Assembly (NCBI GenBank): GCA_963718915.1
Contig: CAVRAI010000010.1
Coordinates: forward strand, 9,974-41,973
Reading direction: 5' to 3'
Origin: an uncultured Chloroflexia bacterium
GTDB lineage: Bacteria > Chloroflexota > Ktedonobacteria > Ktedonobacterales > JADMIN01
Length of the DNA stretch: 32,000 nt
Shown here: positions 23,499 to 31,999 of the stretch, one piece after another
Layout: every line of letters starts with the position of its first letter
Position numbering within the stretch: the stretch's first letter is position 1
Made by a program: the position numbers and the translations under genes
The notes under the pieces: generated by a model
What the model was told of the DNA's origin: nothing
Seen by the model: only the letters and a program-made list of their open reading frames with translations
Databases searched by the model: none

Positions 23499-25259
23499 CT
23501 ACCGTGTCGCTACCATATCCATCCTATCTAATTCAGCAACCTCAAGCGTCTCGGCTTTCTCCTCAGCAGTGGGCGCGGTGGCGATTGGCCGGGCGCGGCG
23601 GTGCTGCCTGCGCGAAACGAGCGCGCGCACGGCGAGGGCCGTCCAGACGCTCAGGACCATCGGCAGGAACCAGAACGCGATGCTGGAAGGGAATCCCTGG
23701 ATCAGCGTGAGCAGGCTCTGCGGTGTTTCGCCATTCCTGAGGGGGACGGCCCCGCCGCTGCTGATGAGCGGCCAGTAGAGGTCGGTCAGCGGGAAGGGCA
23801 GATAGGTGTGATAGATGCGCACGCCGAGCGCGACGAAGAGGAAGGATATCGCCACCCCATAGACAAGCGAGACGGCGAACGCGACGCGCAGCCAGCGGCG
23901 CGGATGATCCACCACCCAGGCGAGCGCCAGACAGGCAAAGGGCAGCATCGGCACCAGCAGTCGCGGGCCGGGCAGGTTCTCGCCCGCCATCGGCAGGAAG
24001 TACGATGAGATCGCCAGTGGATAGAGCACGACCACTGCCAGTGAGACCAGCGCCTCAGGCGTGCCGGGCGCCTGAATCGTTGCCCAGATCCGTCTCAGCC
24101 CGCGCCTGAGTGCCGACGATGCCAACGATGCTGACGAGGTGGCGCCTGTGGATACTGTGGCGGTTGCGCGATAGCCCCGGCGCAGCCAGCGCAGCAGACC
24201 CAGCGGCACGAGCAGCAGGAATGGCGACTCCATCAGCAGCCCGCGCGGGAAAGTCAGCGTTGACCAGAGACTATCCAGGTGCGGTGTGGTTATGCCAAAG
24301 AACCCGTCGTGCTGCCCGGAGAACGAAGGATCACTGACATAGGCGTAACTGAGATGAAGCGGGCTGCCAAAGGCAAACCAGTTATACCATCCCAGCAGCA
24401 GCACGCTCGGTATCAGGCCAACGATGAACGCGCCGGTCATCAGGATGCGCTGTCGTGGGAAGACCAGCCAGATATAGGCGAACAGCACGACAACAATCAC
24501 CCCGACGGGATACTCGCTGATGACCGCCAGGCCCAGCAGCATGCCAGACAGAATCACCCATAAACCGGCGTTCTCTTTCTCGCGGGCGCGGTAGAGCAGA
24601 TAGAAGCCGATGAAGGCAAGACCGCCGCCGAAGGCATGGCTGAAGAAGGTCGTCGAGAAAGGGTAGGCCAGCGTACCTAGCGCAAAGGCCCCCGCCACCA
24701 CCATCGGCAGTGGAGTGGACGCCAGCGAGGGGCGCAGGTGCGCGACAAAACGGCGCAGCGCCACCGCAGCCATAATGGCGACCGGCAGCACCGTCAATGC
24801 GTTCAGGTAGGCGATCTGCTGGGTCAGAGTAAACTGTGTCGTGTTGTCGATGTTGGCGATGTGACTGAGCAGCCAGAGCAGCGGCGTCGCCAGCAGCGAG
24901 AGGCCGAGCGAGCGCGGCGAATACCAATGCCCCTGGTAGTAGCTTACGTCGATGGTATTGCCCGCGTGGATATCGATGATCGCCGTACTATGCGCCAGCG
25001 CATAGACCATGTCATAACGGCTGAGTGTGTTGGTACCGGCAGGTGTCAGATAAAAGACATAGCACAGCGTGAGCAGACCGGCAAAGGCACGGTCACTCTG
25101 GTATAGTCGCGCAAGTATCTGTGGTATTGTCCCCCAGATTTGCCGCAATCGTGTCCTGGATATCGGGGCAGACGCGACGGTTCGTACGGCGGGACCCAGT
25201 GACGTTATATAGGTCAACCAGCGCTCGCCCGCCGTTCTTTTCATTTCCTGGCTACGCAT
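23499..25259 (-). CDS. Large polytopic membrane protein, GT-C-fold (ArnT/PMT_2-like) glycosyltransferase candidate
   Basis: The track ORF 23499..25307 starts at GTG. Alternative ATG starts are at 25259 and 25244. More than 10 hydrophobic segments. The first loop, RYDMVYALAH...DVSYYQGHWYSPRSLG, parallels the DExxY...Y.EKPPL loop of GT-C enzymes only loosely. Confidence 0.55.
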   Translation of the reverse strand: MRSQEMKRTAGERWLTYITSLGPAVRTVASAPISRTRLRQIWGTIPQILARLYQSDRAFAGLLTLCYVFYLTPAGTNTLSRYDMVYALAHSTAIIDIHAGNTIDVSYYQGHWYSPRSLGLSLLATPLLWLLSHIANIDNTTQFTLTQQIAYLNALTVLPVAIMAAVALRRFVAHLRPSLASTPLPMVVAGAFALGTLAYPFSTTFFSHAFGGGLAFIGFYLLYRAREKENAGLWVILSGMLLGLAVISEYPVGVIVVVLFAYIWLVFPRQRILMTGAFIVGLIPSVLLLGWYNWFAFGSPLHLSYAYVSDPSFSGQHDGFFGITTPHLDSLWSTLTFPRGLLMESPFLLLVPLGLLRWLRRGYRATATVSTGATSSASLASSALRRGLRRIWATIQAPGTPEALVSLAVVVLYPLAISSYFLPMAGENLPGPRLLVPMLPFACLALAWVVDHPRRWLRVAFAVSLVYGVAISFLFVALGVRIYHTYLPFPLTDLYWPLISSGGAVPLRNGETPQSLLTLIQGFPSSIAFWFLPMVLSVWTALAVRALVSRRQHRRARPIATAPTAEEKAETLEVAELDRMDMVATR

Positions 25260-25268
25260 ATATCCGTT

Positions 25269-25298
25269 AGTATACCGGGCACAATGGCCTCTCGCCAA
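25269..25298 (-). promoter_or_regulatory. Candidate promoter for the GT-C-like gene
   Basis: On the minus strand: TTGGCG, an 18-nt spacer, then TATACT. On the plus strand these read cgccaa (25293-25298) and agtata (25269-25274). The -10 ends 9 nt before the ATG at 25259. Confidence 0.45.
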
Positions 25299-25337
25299 CA
25301 CACTCACCGTAAACGGCAGGCATTGTTTCAGGTTGTT

Positions 25338-26231
25338 TCAATTTGCATGTTCCGCGCCAGAGAAGGTCATGCCAGCCACGGCGGTGTGCGCCAGCAGACG
25401 CGCTCCCGTGCGCCAGAGAACATTGTGCCGAGCATCATCGCTCCAGCCATCCAGGTTGAAGAAGTCCGCAAGCCACCGATCAGGCGGAATGAACGGATAG
25501 TCCGAGCCAAACAGGAACTTCCCGTTCAGACGTCCGGCGGCCTCTTTGAGGAGCGCGGGTGGGATGTATTTTGGCGACCAGCCGGAAAGGTCGTTGTAGA
25601 CGTTCGGTTTATGCTGCAAGATGGCGATCATCTCCTGTTCCCACGGCCAGGAGGGATGCGCGCCAATGATCGTCAGGTCCGGCACATCCGCGGCCAGACT
25701 ATCCAGATGGATAGGCCGCATGGTCTCCAGCTTGACGGCCCCACCGCCGGGCATGTTGGCGCCCAGGCCGGATGTGCCTGTATGGAAGAGCGCCGGGATG
25801 CCGAGCGCGGCGATGCGCTCGAAGAGTGGGCGGAATTGCGGATCGTCAGGATAGAAGTTCTGAATGCCGGGATGAAACTTTGCTCCGGAAAGGCCCAGGT
25901 CTTTGACCGCCCGCTCGATCTCCTCGATGGCGCGGTCGCCTTTGAGTGGATCGACGCTGGCGAAACCGACGAATTGCTGTGGATAGCGGCGAACGATCTC
26001 GGCCACGGTATCATTGCGCAGCGGCTTCTGGCCGGTAGCCGTCTCGGCGTCCCAGGCCAACAGCACCCCCACGATGTCTTGCCCAGCGTAGTAATCGGCA
26101 ATCTCTTCGATATCGCGGAGCGTGACCTCCTTGTGGAAGTACTGCTCGACGGCAGCGCGATATTTCCCGATCGCGCCATCCATAAACTCGGCAATGGGCA
26201 AATGCACGTGGAAGTCTATCGCGCGGGGCAT
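25338..26231 (-). CDS. Amidohydrolase-2 family metal-dependent hydrolase (TIM barrel)
   Basis: 297 aa. GAGGAGG lies 7 nt upstream. N-terminal IDFHVHL (HxH metal site), internal FHPG and LFHTG, C-terminal FGSDYPF. Confidence 0.85.
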   Translation of the reverse strand: MPRAIDFHVHLPIAEFMDGAIGKYRAAVEQYFHKEVTLRDIEEIADYYAGQDIVGVLLAWDAETATGQKPLRNDTVAEIVRRYPQQFVGFASVDPLKGDRAIEEIERAVKDLGLSGAKFHPGIQNFYPDDPQFRPLFERIAALGIPALFHTGTSGLGANMPGGGAVKLETMRPIHLDSLAADVPDLTIIGAHPSWPWEQEMIAILQHKPNVYNDLSGWSPKYIPPALLKEAAGRLNGKFLFGSDYPFIPPDRWLADFFNLDGWSDDARHNVLWRTGARLLAHTAVAGMTFSGAEHAN

Positions 26232-26413
26232 CGGCCGACCTCCTCACCGCTTTACTACTACTCGAAAGCAATAGCATTCCTCCATGAGAATCACATGAGA
26301 TAGTACATCAGAGAATACGTCCCTGTAGCGAGCATCCTCTCAGGCTCATCTCAGCTTTCTCACTACTATACCACGCGAAGCGCGAGCAGACAGGCGTCGG
26401 TCGGGCTATCGGT

Positions 26414-26443
26414 TTGCCGCGCCGAGGGTGGCAGACATATACT
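26414..26443 (+). promoter_or_regulatory. Candidate promoter for recG
   Basis: TTGCCG (26414-26419), an 18-nt spacer, then TATACT (26438-26443), 49 nt upstream of GTG 26492. Confidence 0.4.
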
Positions 26444-26491
26444 GTTGAGGCGGCGCTGGGCATTTCGCGGCGCACAGAATGAGGCAGTAGC

Positions 26492-29188
26492 GTGCAGGAG
26501 ACTCCGGCGAGGACGGGAAAACAGCCCGATAACGCGCGCCAGTTGATCGAACGGGCGCGGCACATTCTGACTCACGAGCAGCGGAGCGGCCATCAGGACA
26601 ACGTCGTCAGGCCCGGCGGCATCGAGGCGTTTATCGAGCGCTGGGGCACGCAGATGCACGCCGCCCGCGACCGTGGGGAGATCGCCGCGCCGCCCGCTGG
26701 CGCCACGGGACGATTCCCTGAAGTCGCGATCCTGCACCTGCTAACGGGCTATCGCACGCTCGACCCAATGCAGCGCGCCGCCAAGATTCGCGCGGCGCTG
26801 GCGCTGCTCGACGCCTTCGATACGCCAGCTATGCCCAATGCCTCCGCCCATCCTCGCCCAGCCACCGCGCCTACAGCCAGCCCCCGGCCCAGCCGCGAGG
26901 CGCCCCGCTTCGGCCAGCCAGCCAATGGCCACGCCGCCAGACGTCCGACGGCCTCCGCGCCAGAGGAAAACTGGCCACTGGCGAAACCACTTCCCCCACC
27001 ACCCGTTTTGCCCGCCGAGCGTCCGCGTCTGGCTACGCCACCACGCGAGCCGCGTCCCGAGGACGAGTATCTGCTCCAGGCGGCGGTGACGGCCGTGCCA
27101 GGGGTCGGCTCGACCCAGGAGACGCGCCTGGCGCGGCTGGGCATCCAGACGGTGCGTGATCTGCTCTTCGACTTCCCGCGCGAGCACCACGATTACAGTA
27201 CGCTGCAGAAAATCGGCCAGCTGCCCTTCGATCAGGTCTCTACCACACTTGGGCTGATCTGGGAGGTCGAGAACAAACGCACGAAGAATGGCCGCACCCG
27301 CACGGTCGCCCGCGTCTCCGATGAGACGGGCGCGGTCTACGCCACCTGGTTCAATCAGCCCTATCTGCTCAAGCAACTCCCCCGTGGCGCGCATATCGTC
27401 ATGACCGGCACGAAGCAGCGTTTCGGCAACCGCGTCGAATTCGCGGTGAAGAGCCACGAGTTGCCGGAGCAGGGCGATCTGATCAACACCGGGCGGCTGG
27501 TGCCCGTCTATGCGCTGACCGAAGGGTTGAGTCCGAAGGTGATGCGGCGCTTCACTAAATGGGTGGTGGATCGCTGCGCGCCGTTCGTGCCCGAACATCT
27601 GCCGCCGGAGGTGCGCTCGCGGGCGAAGCTGATGCCGCTGCCCGATGCGGTGGCGGAGATGCATTATCCGCAGAATGGCGGGTTGCTGGCGGAGGCGCGA
27701 CGGCGGCTGGCGTTCGATGAACTTTTCCTCATCCAGCTTGGGATGCTCACCCGTCGGGCCAACTGGAAGGATGGGCCGCCTGCTCCCGCGATGCCCGTGC
27801 CCGAGTCGCTGCTCTTCGCCGATGCGCCCGCGCAGGAGACTGTCGCCGCCAATAATCCGGGCGGAGGACTCTGGCCGCTGACGGCAAGTTGCTTCGAGAC
27901 GACGCTGCCCTTCAGCCTGACGGGCGCACAGAAGCGCACCATTCGCGAGATTCTGGCTGATATGCGCAAGACACAGCCGATGAGCCGCCTCCTGCAGGGT
28001 GATGTCGGCTCCGGCAAGACGGTCGTGGCCGCCGCCGCGCTGCTGGCCGCCGCCGCCAATGGCTACCAGGGCGCGCTCCTCGCGCCAACCGAGATCCTGG
28101 CCGAGCAGCACTATCGCGGCCTGAGCGCGCTCCTCGCGCCGTTTGGGCTGCATGTAGTAATGCTGACGGGCAGCCAGCGCGCCAAAGAGCGCAATGCCGC
28201 TCGCGACGCGCTGGCCAATGGACAGGCAGCCGTGGCCGTCGGCACGCACGCGCTGATCCAGGAGGGCGTCTCGTTCGCGAAGTTGGGGCTGGCGGTAGTG
28301 GACGAACAGCACCGCTTCGGCGTGGAGCAGCGCGACGCCCTGCGCCAGAAGGGCTACAATCCCCATATGCTGGTGATGACCGCGACGCCGATCCCGCGCA
28401 CGCTCGCCCTCACGCTCTACGGCGATCTGGATGTCTCAGTGCTCGACGAGATGCCCGCCGGACGCCAGCCAATCATTACTCGCTGGCGCTCAGGCACCCA
28501 GCGGCAGGAGGCGTACGCGCTGGTGGCGCAGGAGGTCGCGGAGGGTCGGCAGGCCTACATCATCTGCCCGCTGGTCGAGGAGTCGGAGACGCTGGAGGCG
28601 AAGGCGGCGACGCAGGAGTACGAGCGGCTGCGGACGCAGGTGTTTCCTGACTTGCGGCTGGGACTGGTTCATGGGCAGATGCGCCCGGCGGAGAAAGACC
28701 GCGTGATGCGCGCCTTCCGCGACGGCGCGGTGGATGTGCTGGTGGCGACCTCGGTGGTGGAGGTTGGCGTCGATGTGCCGAACGCGACAGTGATGCTGAT
28801 CGAGGATGCCGACCGCTTCGGCCTCTCGCAACTGCACCAGTTCCGGGGGCGTGTCGGGCGCGGGAGCCAGCAGTCATACTGCTACCTCTTGAGCCAGGAG
28901 GCTGGCATGGCGGCGCGCGAACGGTTGGCGGTGCTGGAACAGACATCCGATGGCTTCGCGCTGGCCGACGCGGATTTACGACTGCGCGGCCCCGGCGACT
29001 TCTTTGGCACGCGGCAGAGCGGTCTGCCGGAGCTGAAGGTGGCGACGATGGCCGATACGCCGCTGCTGGCGGTCGCCCGCGAGACGGCGGAGTGGCTCTG
29101 GGAAGACGATCCGTATCTGCGCGCGCTCGAACATGCGCCTCTGCGCGAGCGTGTCTTTCTCTTCTGGAGCAACTTCGCCGCGCATTAG
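26492..29188 (+). CDS. recG: ATP-dependent DNA helicase RecG with a roughly 195-aa N-terminal extension
   Basis: 898 aa with a GTG start after GAGG. Wedge region VPGVGSTQETRLARLGIQTVRDLLFDFPREHHDY, GDVGSGKT (Walker A), VDEQHRFG (motif II), MTATPIPRTL, QLHQFRGRVGRG (motif VI). The exact start is uncertain. Confidence 0.9.
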   Translation: MQETPARTGKQPDNARQLIERARHILTHEQRSGHQDNVVRPGGIEAFIERWGTQMHAARDRGEIAAPPAGATGRFPEVAILHLLTGYRTLDPMQRAAKIRAALALLDAFDTPAMPNASAHPRPATAPTASPRPSREAPRFGQPANGHAARRPTASAPEENWPLAKPLPPPPVLPAERPRLATPPREPRPEDEYLLQAAVTAVPGVGSTQETRLARLGIQTVRDLLFDFPREHHDYSTLQKIGQLPFDQVSTTLGLIWEVENKRTKNGRTRTVARVSDETGAVYATWFNQPYLLKQLPRGAHIVMTGTKQRFGNRVEFAVKSHELPEQGDLINTGRLVPVYALTEGLSPKVMRRFTKWVVDRCAPFVPEHLPPEVRSRAKLMPLPDAVAEMHYPQNGGLLAEARRRLAFDELFLIQLGMLTRRANWKDGPPAPAMPVPESLLFADAPAQETVAANNPGGGLWPLTASCFETTLPFSLTGAQKRTIREILADMRKTQPMSRLLQGDVGSGKTVVAAAALLAAAANGYQGALLAPTEILAEQHYRGLSALLAPFGLHVVMLTGSQRAKERNAARDALANGQAAVAVGTHALIQEGVSFAKLGLAVVDEQHRFGVEQRDALRQKGYNPHMLVMTATPIPRTLALTLYGDLDVSVLDEMPAGRQPIITRWRSGTQRQEAYALVAQEVAEGRQAYIICPLVEESETLEAKAATQEYERLRTQVFPDLRLGLVHGQMRPAEKDRVMRAFRDGAVDVLVATSVVEVGVDVPNATVMLIEDADRFGLSQLHQFRGRVGRGSQQSYCYLLSQEAGMAARERLAVLEQTSDGFALADADLRLRGPGDFFGTRQSGLPELKVATMADTPLLAVARETAEWLWEDDPYLRALEHAPLRERVFLFWSNFAAH

Positions 29189-29313
29189 GCGGGCTGGCGG
29201 TTTATGCCGTTTTAAGAGCGTGTTTGGAAGCCCGCAGGCATGGCATGAGAGCCAGGTGAGCCTGGTCGTCCAGATCCCTCAGGGCGCGGTTCCATCGTCG
29301 ACTGTCAGCCTGT

Positions 29314-30180
29314 TTACGGTGCTGCGGCGCCGACGAGCAGCTCGCAAGGTGACTCGAACCCATCTTGGCCCTCGAGCTGCGTCAGTGCTTGTTGGACCTC
29401 CTGCCAGGTCGCCTCTCGCTCGGCTTCGGAGACCCCGGCCAGCATCTCCTGGAGCGCACCGTAGGACTCCTGCTCGAAGCGCACGCACTCGGCGGCGTCA
29501 GCGAGACGGAGGGGCGCCTGGATGACGCGAATCTGCACATCTCGGAACCCAGCCTGCTGAAACGCACCCTCCATCAGCTCCTGGTTGCCCAGGCTGAACG
29601 GACCGGGGCTGCCTGGCGGAGGGGGTGGCGACTGCGTGCGTCTGCGGATGATCGCGATGGGGATCGCGAAGAATGGGTTCGCTTGGGGCGTCGTGAAACT
29701 GGCGAGGACGACCCGCCCACCGGGTTTGAGAACCCGCCGAATCTCTACGAGCGCCCGCTTTCGGTCCGGGAAGTAGATCAGGCCCAGCCGCGAAAGCGCC
29801 GCATCGAACGACACATCCGGCAGGTCCAGGCGCTCGCCATCCATGATCCGCGCCTCAAAGCGCGCGGCATCCAGACCTCGGGCCTGCGCGTTCTCGAACG
29901 CCAGACGCACCAGGTTCGCCGAGATGTCCGTGCTCAGGACGTACCCGGTCGCACCGATCCGAGTCGCCGCAGTGAGTGCGGGCTCCCCCGACCCTCCGGC
30001 GACATCGAGCACGCGGCTGCCCGGGCCGATGCGCGCCAGCTCCAGCATGGCCTCAGTGACAGGCGTCCACCAGCGTTCTAGCGTCGGGCTCCAGCGGTTC
30101 CAGGCTGCTGCAACACGCTCCCATTGCTGGCGGGTCGATTCCTTGTACGCGACCGGATCGAAGTTGGGAGGTGTCGTCAT
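29314..30180 (-). CDS. Class I SAM-dependent methyltransferase
   Basis: ORF 29314..30456 trimmed to the ATG at 30180 (MTTPPNFDPVAYKE...), preceded by GGAAGGAA. Motif I is VLDVAGGSGEPAL. The upstream 92 codons of the track ORF cover repeat elements. Confidence 0.8.
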   Translation of the reverse strand: MTTPPNFDPVAYKESTRQQWERVAAAWNRWSPTLERWWTPVTEAMLELARIGPGSRVLDVAGGSGEPALTAATRIGATGYVLSTDISANLVRLAFENAQARGLDAARFEARIMDGERLDLPDVSFDAALSRLGLIYFPDRKRALVEIRRVLKPGGRVVLASFTTPQANPFFAIPIAIIRRRTQSPPPPPGSPGPFSLGNQELMEGAFQQAGFRDVQIRVIQAPLRLADAAECVRFEQESYGALQEMLAGVSEAEREATWQEVQQALTQLEGQDGFESPCELLVGAAAP

Positions 30181-30392
30181 CGTCGTTCCTTCCGGTTGCA
30201 GGCAGGCAGCATCGTCAGGCGTAGTATAGCCAGGCTGCCCTGCCACGTCAAGCGCCTCCCGCCAGCTCCAGCTGGTTACCACAAGGCGCAAGAAAATAGG
30301 AGGGACCGATCTCCGGCCTGCGCTAGCGGTCTGCTGAGGGACGCTTGCCAGAGCCTGCCAACGCATTGCTCCGCCCCTCCCGTCGCATGCGC

Positions 30393-30429
30393 CCATTCGC
30401 CGTAGCGTTGACGCGACGGCCTGCTCACC
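30393..30429 (-). repeat. Hairpin repeat family 1, copy G (CGAAT-tail subtype)
   Basis: Plus strand: ccattcgCCGTAGCG-ttga-CGCGACGG-cctgctcacc. 7 of 8 stem pairs hold. Tail and head match copy F in the opposite orientation. Confidence 0.75.
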
Positions 30430-30570
30430 CCACCGCACAGCCCCTGTCCCTCGCACATGCTAGAACGCCATCAACCGCGCCTCAACGGCCTCGCATTGCT
30501 TGGCCGCGACGTCCGCCTGCCCGGACTGGCTAAACCTGCTGTCTGGCCATCTATGTCATGGCGCGCCCAT

Positions 30571-30612
30571 CCCAGAATTAGCCGCAGGGCTTCATCCCTT
30601 GTCCAGCGTTCC
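30571..30612 (-). repeat. Hairpin repeat family 1, copy H (stem decayed)
   Basis: Plus strand: cccagaATTAGCCGCAGGGCttcatCCCTTGTCCagcgttcc. Its reverse complement ends ...GCCCTGCGG-CTAATTCTGG. Confidence 0.7.
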
Positions 30613-30659
30613 CCGTCTTCGCTCTAGCGCGAAATTGCCAACTCATGTACACTGGGGGA

Positions 30660-30686
30660 GCCAGCCGTGCAGGTTGGCGGATTTTT
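30660..30686 (+). terminator. Terminator-like hairpin plus T5 inside the 5' region of the gene starting at 30739
   Basis: GCCAGCC-gtgca-GGTTGGC forms 7 bp with one G-U pair, followed by GGATTTTT. Confidence 0.3.
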
Positions 30687-30738
30687 CGGCGAGGCATCGT
30701 GCGGCAAATAGCCAGGAGTGGTGAAAGGGAGCGGGCAG

Positions 30739-31923
30739 ATGAGTGATGCGCAGGGGGTCTCGGCGCAGGACGACACAGCGCCTATAGCGGCGAATCCGTC
30801 AGCGGCGTCATCAAAGGTGGAGCGCGCTTCGAGCGGTCGGCTGATCCGCCTGCTGGCGACGGTTGGCGCGCTTGTCTTCGCGTATGGCGCGTGGCTGCCC
30901 TGGGCCATCATCGCGGCTGCTCTCGGCGAGAGGCAGAGTTCGCCGGAGCTTGTTGACCCAAACATTGCCTTTACATCGCATCTGGTGAATCTGGGGAGCC
31001 TCGCGCCAACAGCGTTCGAGGTAGCGGCGTTCTCGGTGCTTGGCCTGCTGCTCGCGCCGCTGCTCTGGCGGCCCGCCGATTCGCTGCTCGGCGCGATTGC
31101 CACGCACATCTTCGGGCTATGGCTGATCTTCGCCACAGTTTTCGTCATCGCGTTTGGCCTATCGCCGCTCGTCTCTGGCACGCCGCAGCCGTTAATACCT
31201 AGCACAGGGCTTCTCGCCAACAGCATAACCATCACTGGCCATCTCGCCCTCGGCTTCTGGGTGGCGGCGGCGGCGCTGATTCCGATGTGGATCGCGGTCA
31301 TTGGTCTGCTAATTGGTGAGTGGCGCAGACACGCTTTCTGGCACCTCCCCGGCAATGACGAGGACAGGCCCCGCTCGATCATCCAGCTCCCCGGCGCGGG
31401 TGTGCTGAATCTTGGCCTCATCATCTGGGCGTTCGGGTTCCTGTCGGCGGGCTGGGCTGCGGTCAATTGCAGTCAGACGCCGCTGCTCCTCGGCAGTTGC
31501 CGGGGTGTTTCCGGCCCCAGCGCGCTCTTCGCTGGACTCGCGCAGGCGACTGGAAATGTCGTCGTTACCTCGGCCAACGACCCAAATATGCTGCTCTTCC
31601 TCGACCCGAATATCGCTCAGAACGCGATTGGCATCCTGCTGGGCATTGGCGCGGCGATGATCTTCATTGGCGTCTGGCTGCGCGCCGTGACCCGCACGTT
31701 CTGCGTCTGGACGACGCTCTGGCTGATAGCGGCGGTCGCGCTCGTCGGGCTGGCAAATTCGGGCGTCGGCGCCATCATCGCGCACCCCACACGCTATGGG
31801 CTATCCGCCGGAACCTGGACCGCGCAGGTAGGTGTCTTTATCACACTGATCGGATTGATCATCGCGCTGGTGGGCCTGACCACGCTCTCGGCCACCGCCC
31901 TGCTGCGCAGGAATGTGGAGTAG
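30739..31923 (+). CDS. Polytopic membrane protein, function unknown
   Basis: ORF 30718..31923 trimmed to the ATG at 30739, 8 nt after AAGGGAG. About 10 hydrophobic segments. No motif recognised. Confidence 0.6.
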   Translation: MSDAQGVSAQDDTAPIAANPSAASSKVERASSGRLIRLLATVGALVFAYGAWLPWAIIAAALGERQSSPELVDPNIAFTSHLVNLGSLAPTAFEVAAFSVLGLLLAPLLWRPADSLLGAIATHIFGLWLIFATVFVIAFGLSPLVSGTPQPLIPSTGLLANSITITGHLALGFWVAAAALIPMWIAVIGLLIGEWRRHAFWHLPGNDEDRPRSIIQLPGAGVLNLGLIIWAFGFLSAGWAAVNCSQTPLLLGSCRGVSGPSALFAGLAQATGNVVVTSANDPNMLLFLDPNIAQNAIGILLGIGAAMIFIGVWLRAVTRTFCVWTTLWLIAAVALVGLANSGVGAIIAHPTRYGLSAGTWTAQVGVFITLIGLIIALVGLTTLSATALLRRNVE

Positions 31924-31956
31924 GCAGCTCCCTCCCGACATGGGTGGCGCATCTGG

Positions 31957-31999
31957 CTCCCCTCTCTCTGTCGGAGAGGGGATGGGGGGGTGAGGTCCG
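31957..31999. repeat. Hairpin repeat family 2, copy 2 (intergenic, at the window edge)
   Basis: CTCCCCTCTCtctgtcGGAGAGGGGATGGGGGGGTGAGGTC. Same arms and same GGGGGTGAGGT tail as 16313-16350. Confidence 0.85.

Noticed and set aside
25284-26303. 339-aa plus-strand ORF opposite the amidohydrolase
   Set aside because: The minus-strand product has the HxH and FGSDYP metal-hydrolase motifs and a strong GAGGAGG RBS. The plus-strand ORF has neither.
26741-28366. 541-aa minus-strand ORF inside recG
   Set aside because: It is antisense to a gene carrying the helicase motifs I recognise (Walker A, motif II, motif VI). The product is Arg/Gly/Gln-rich with no recognisable motif.
29236-29266. Additional family-1 hairpin copy between recG and the methyltransferase
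   Set aside because: Only a half-site (gaagcccgcagg) is present, with no complementary arm. The nearby GCCAGG-tgag-CCTGGT hairpin is short and unrelated. It is too weak to call.
30624-31466. 280-aa minus-strand ORF opposite the terminal membrane-protein gene
   Set aside because: Ser/Ala/Pro/Arg-rich shadow ORF. The plus-strand product has regular hydrophobic helices and a well-spaced AAGGGAG RBS.
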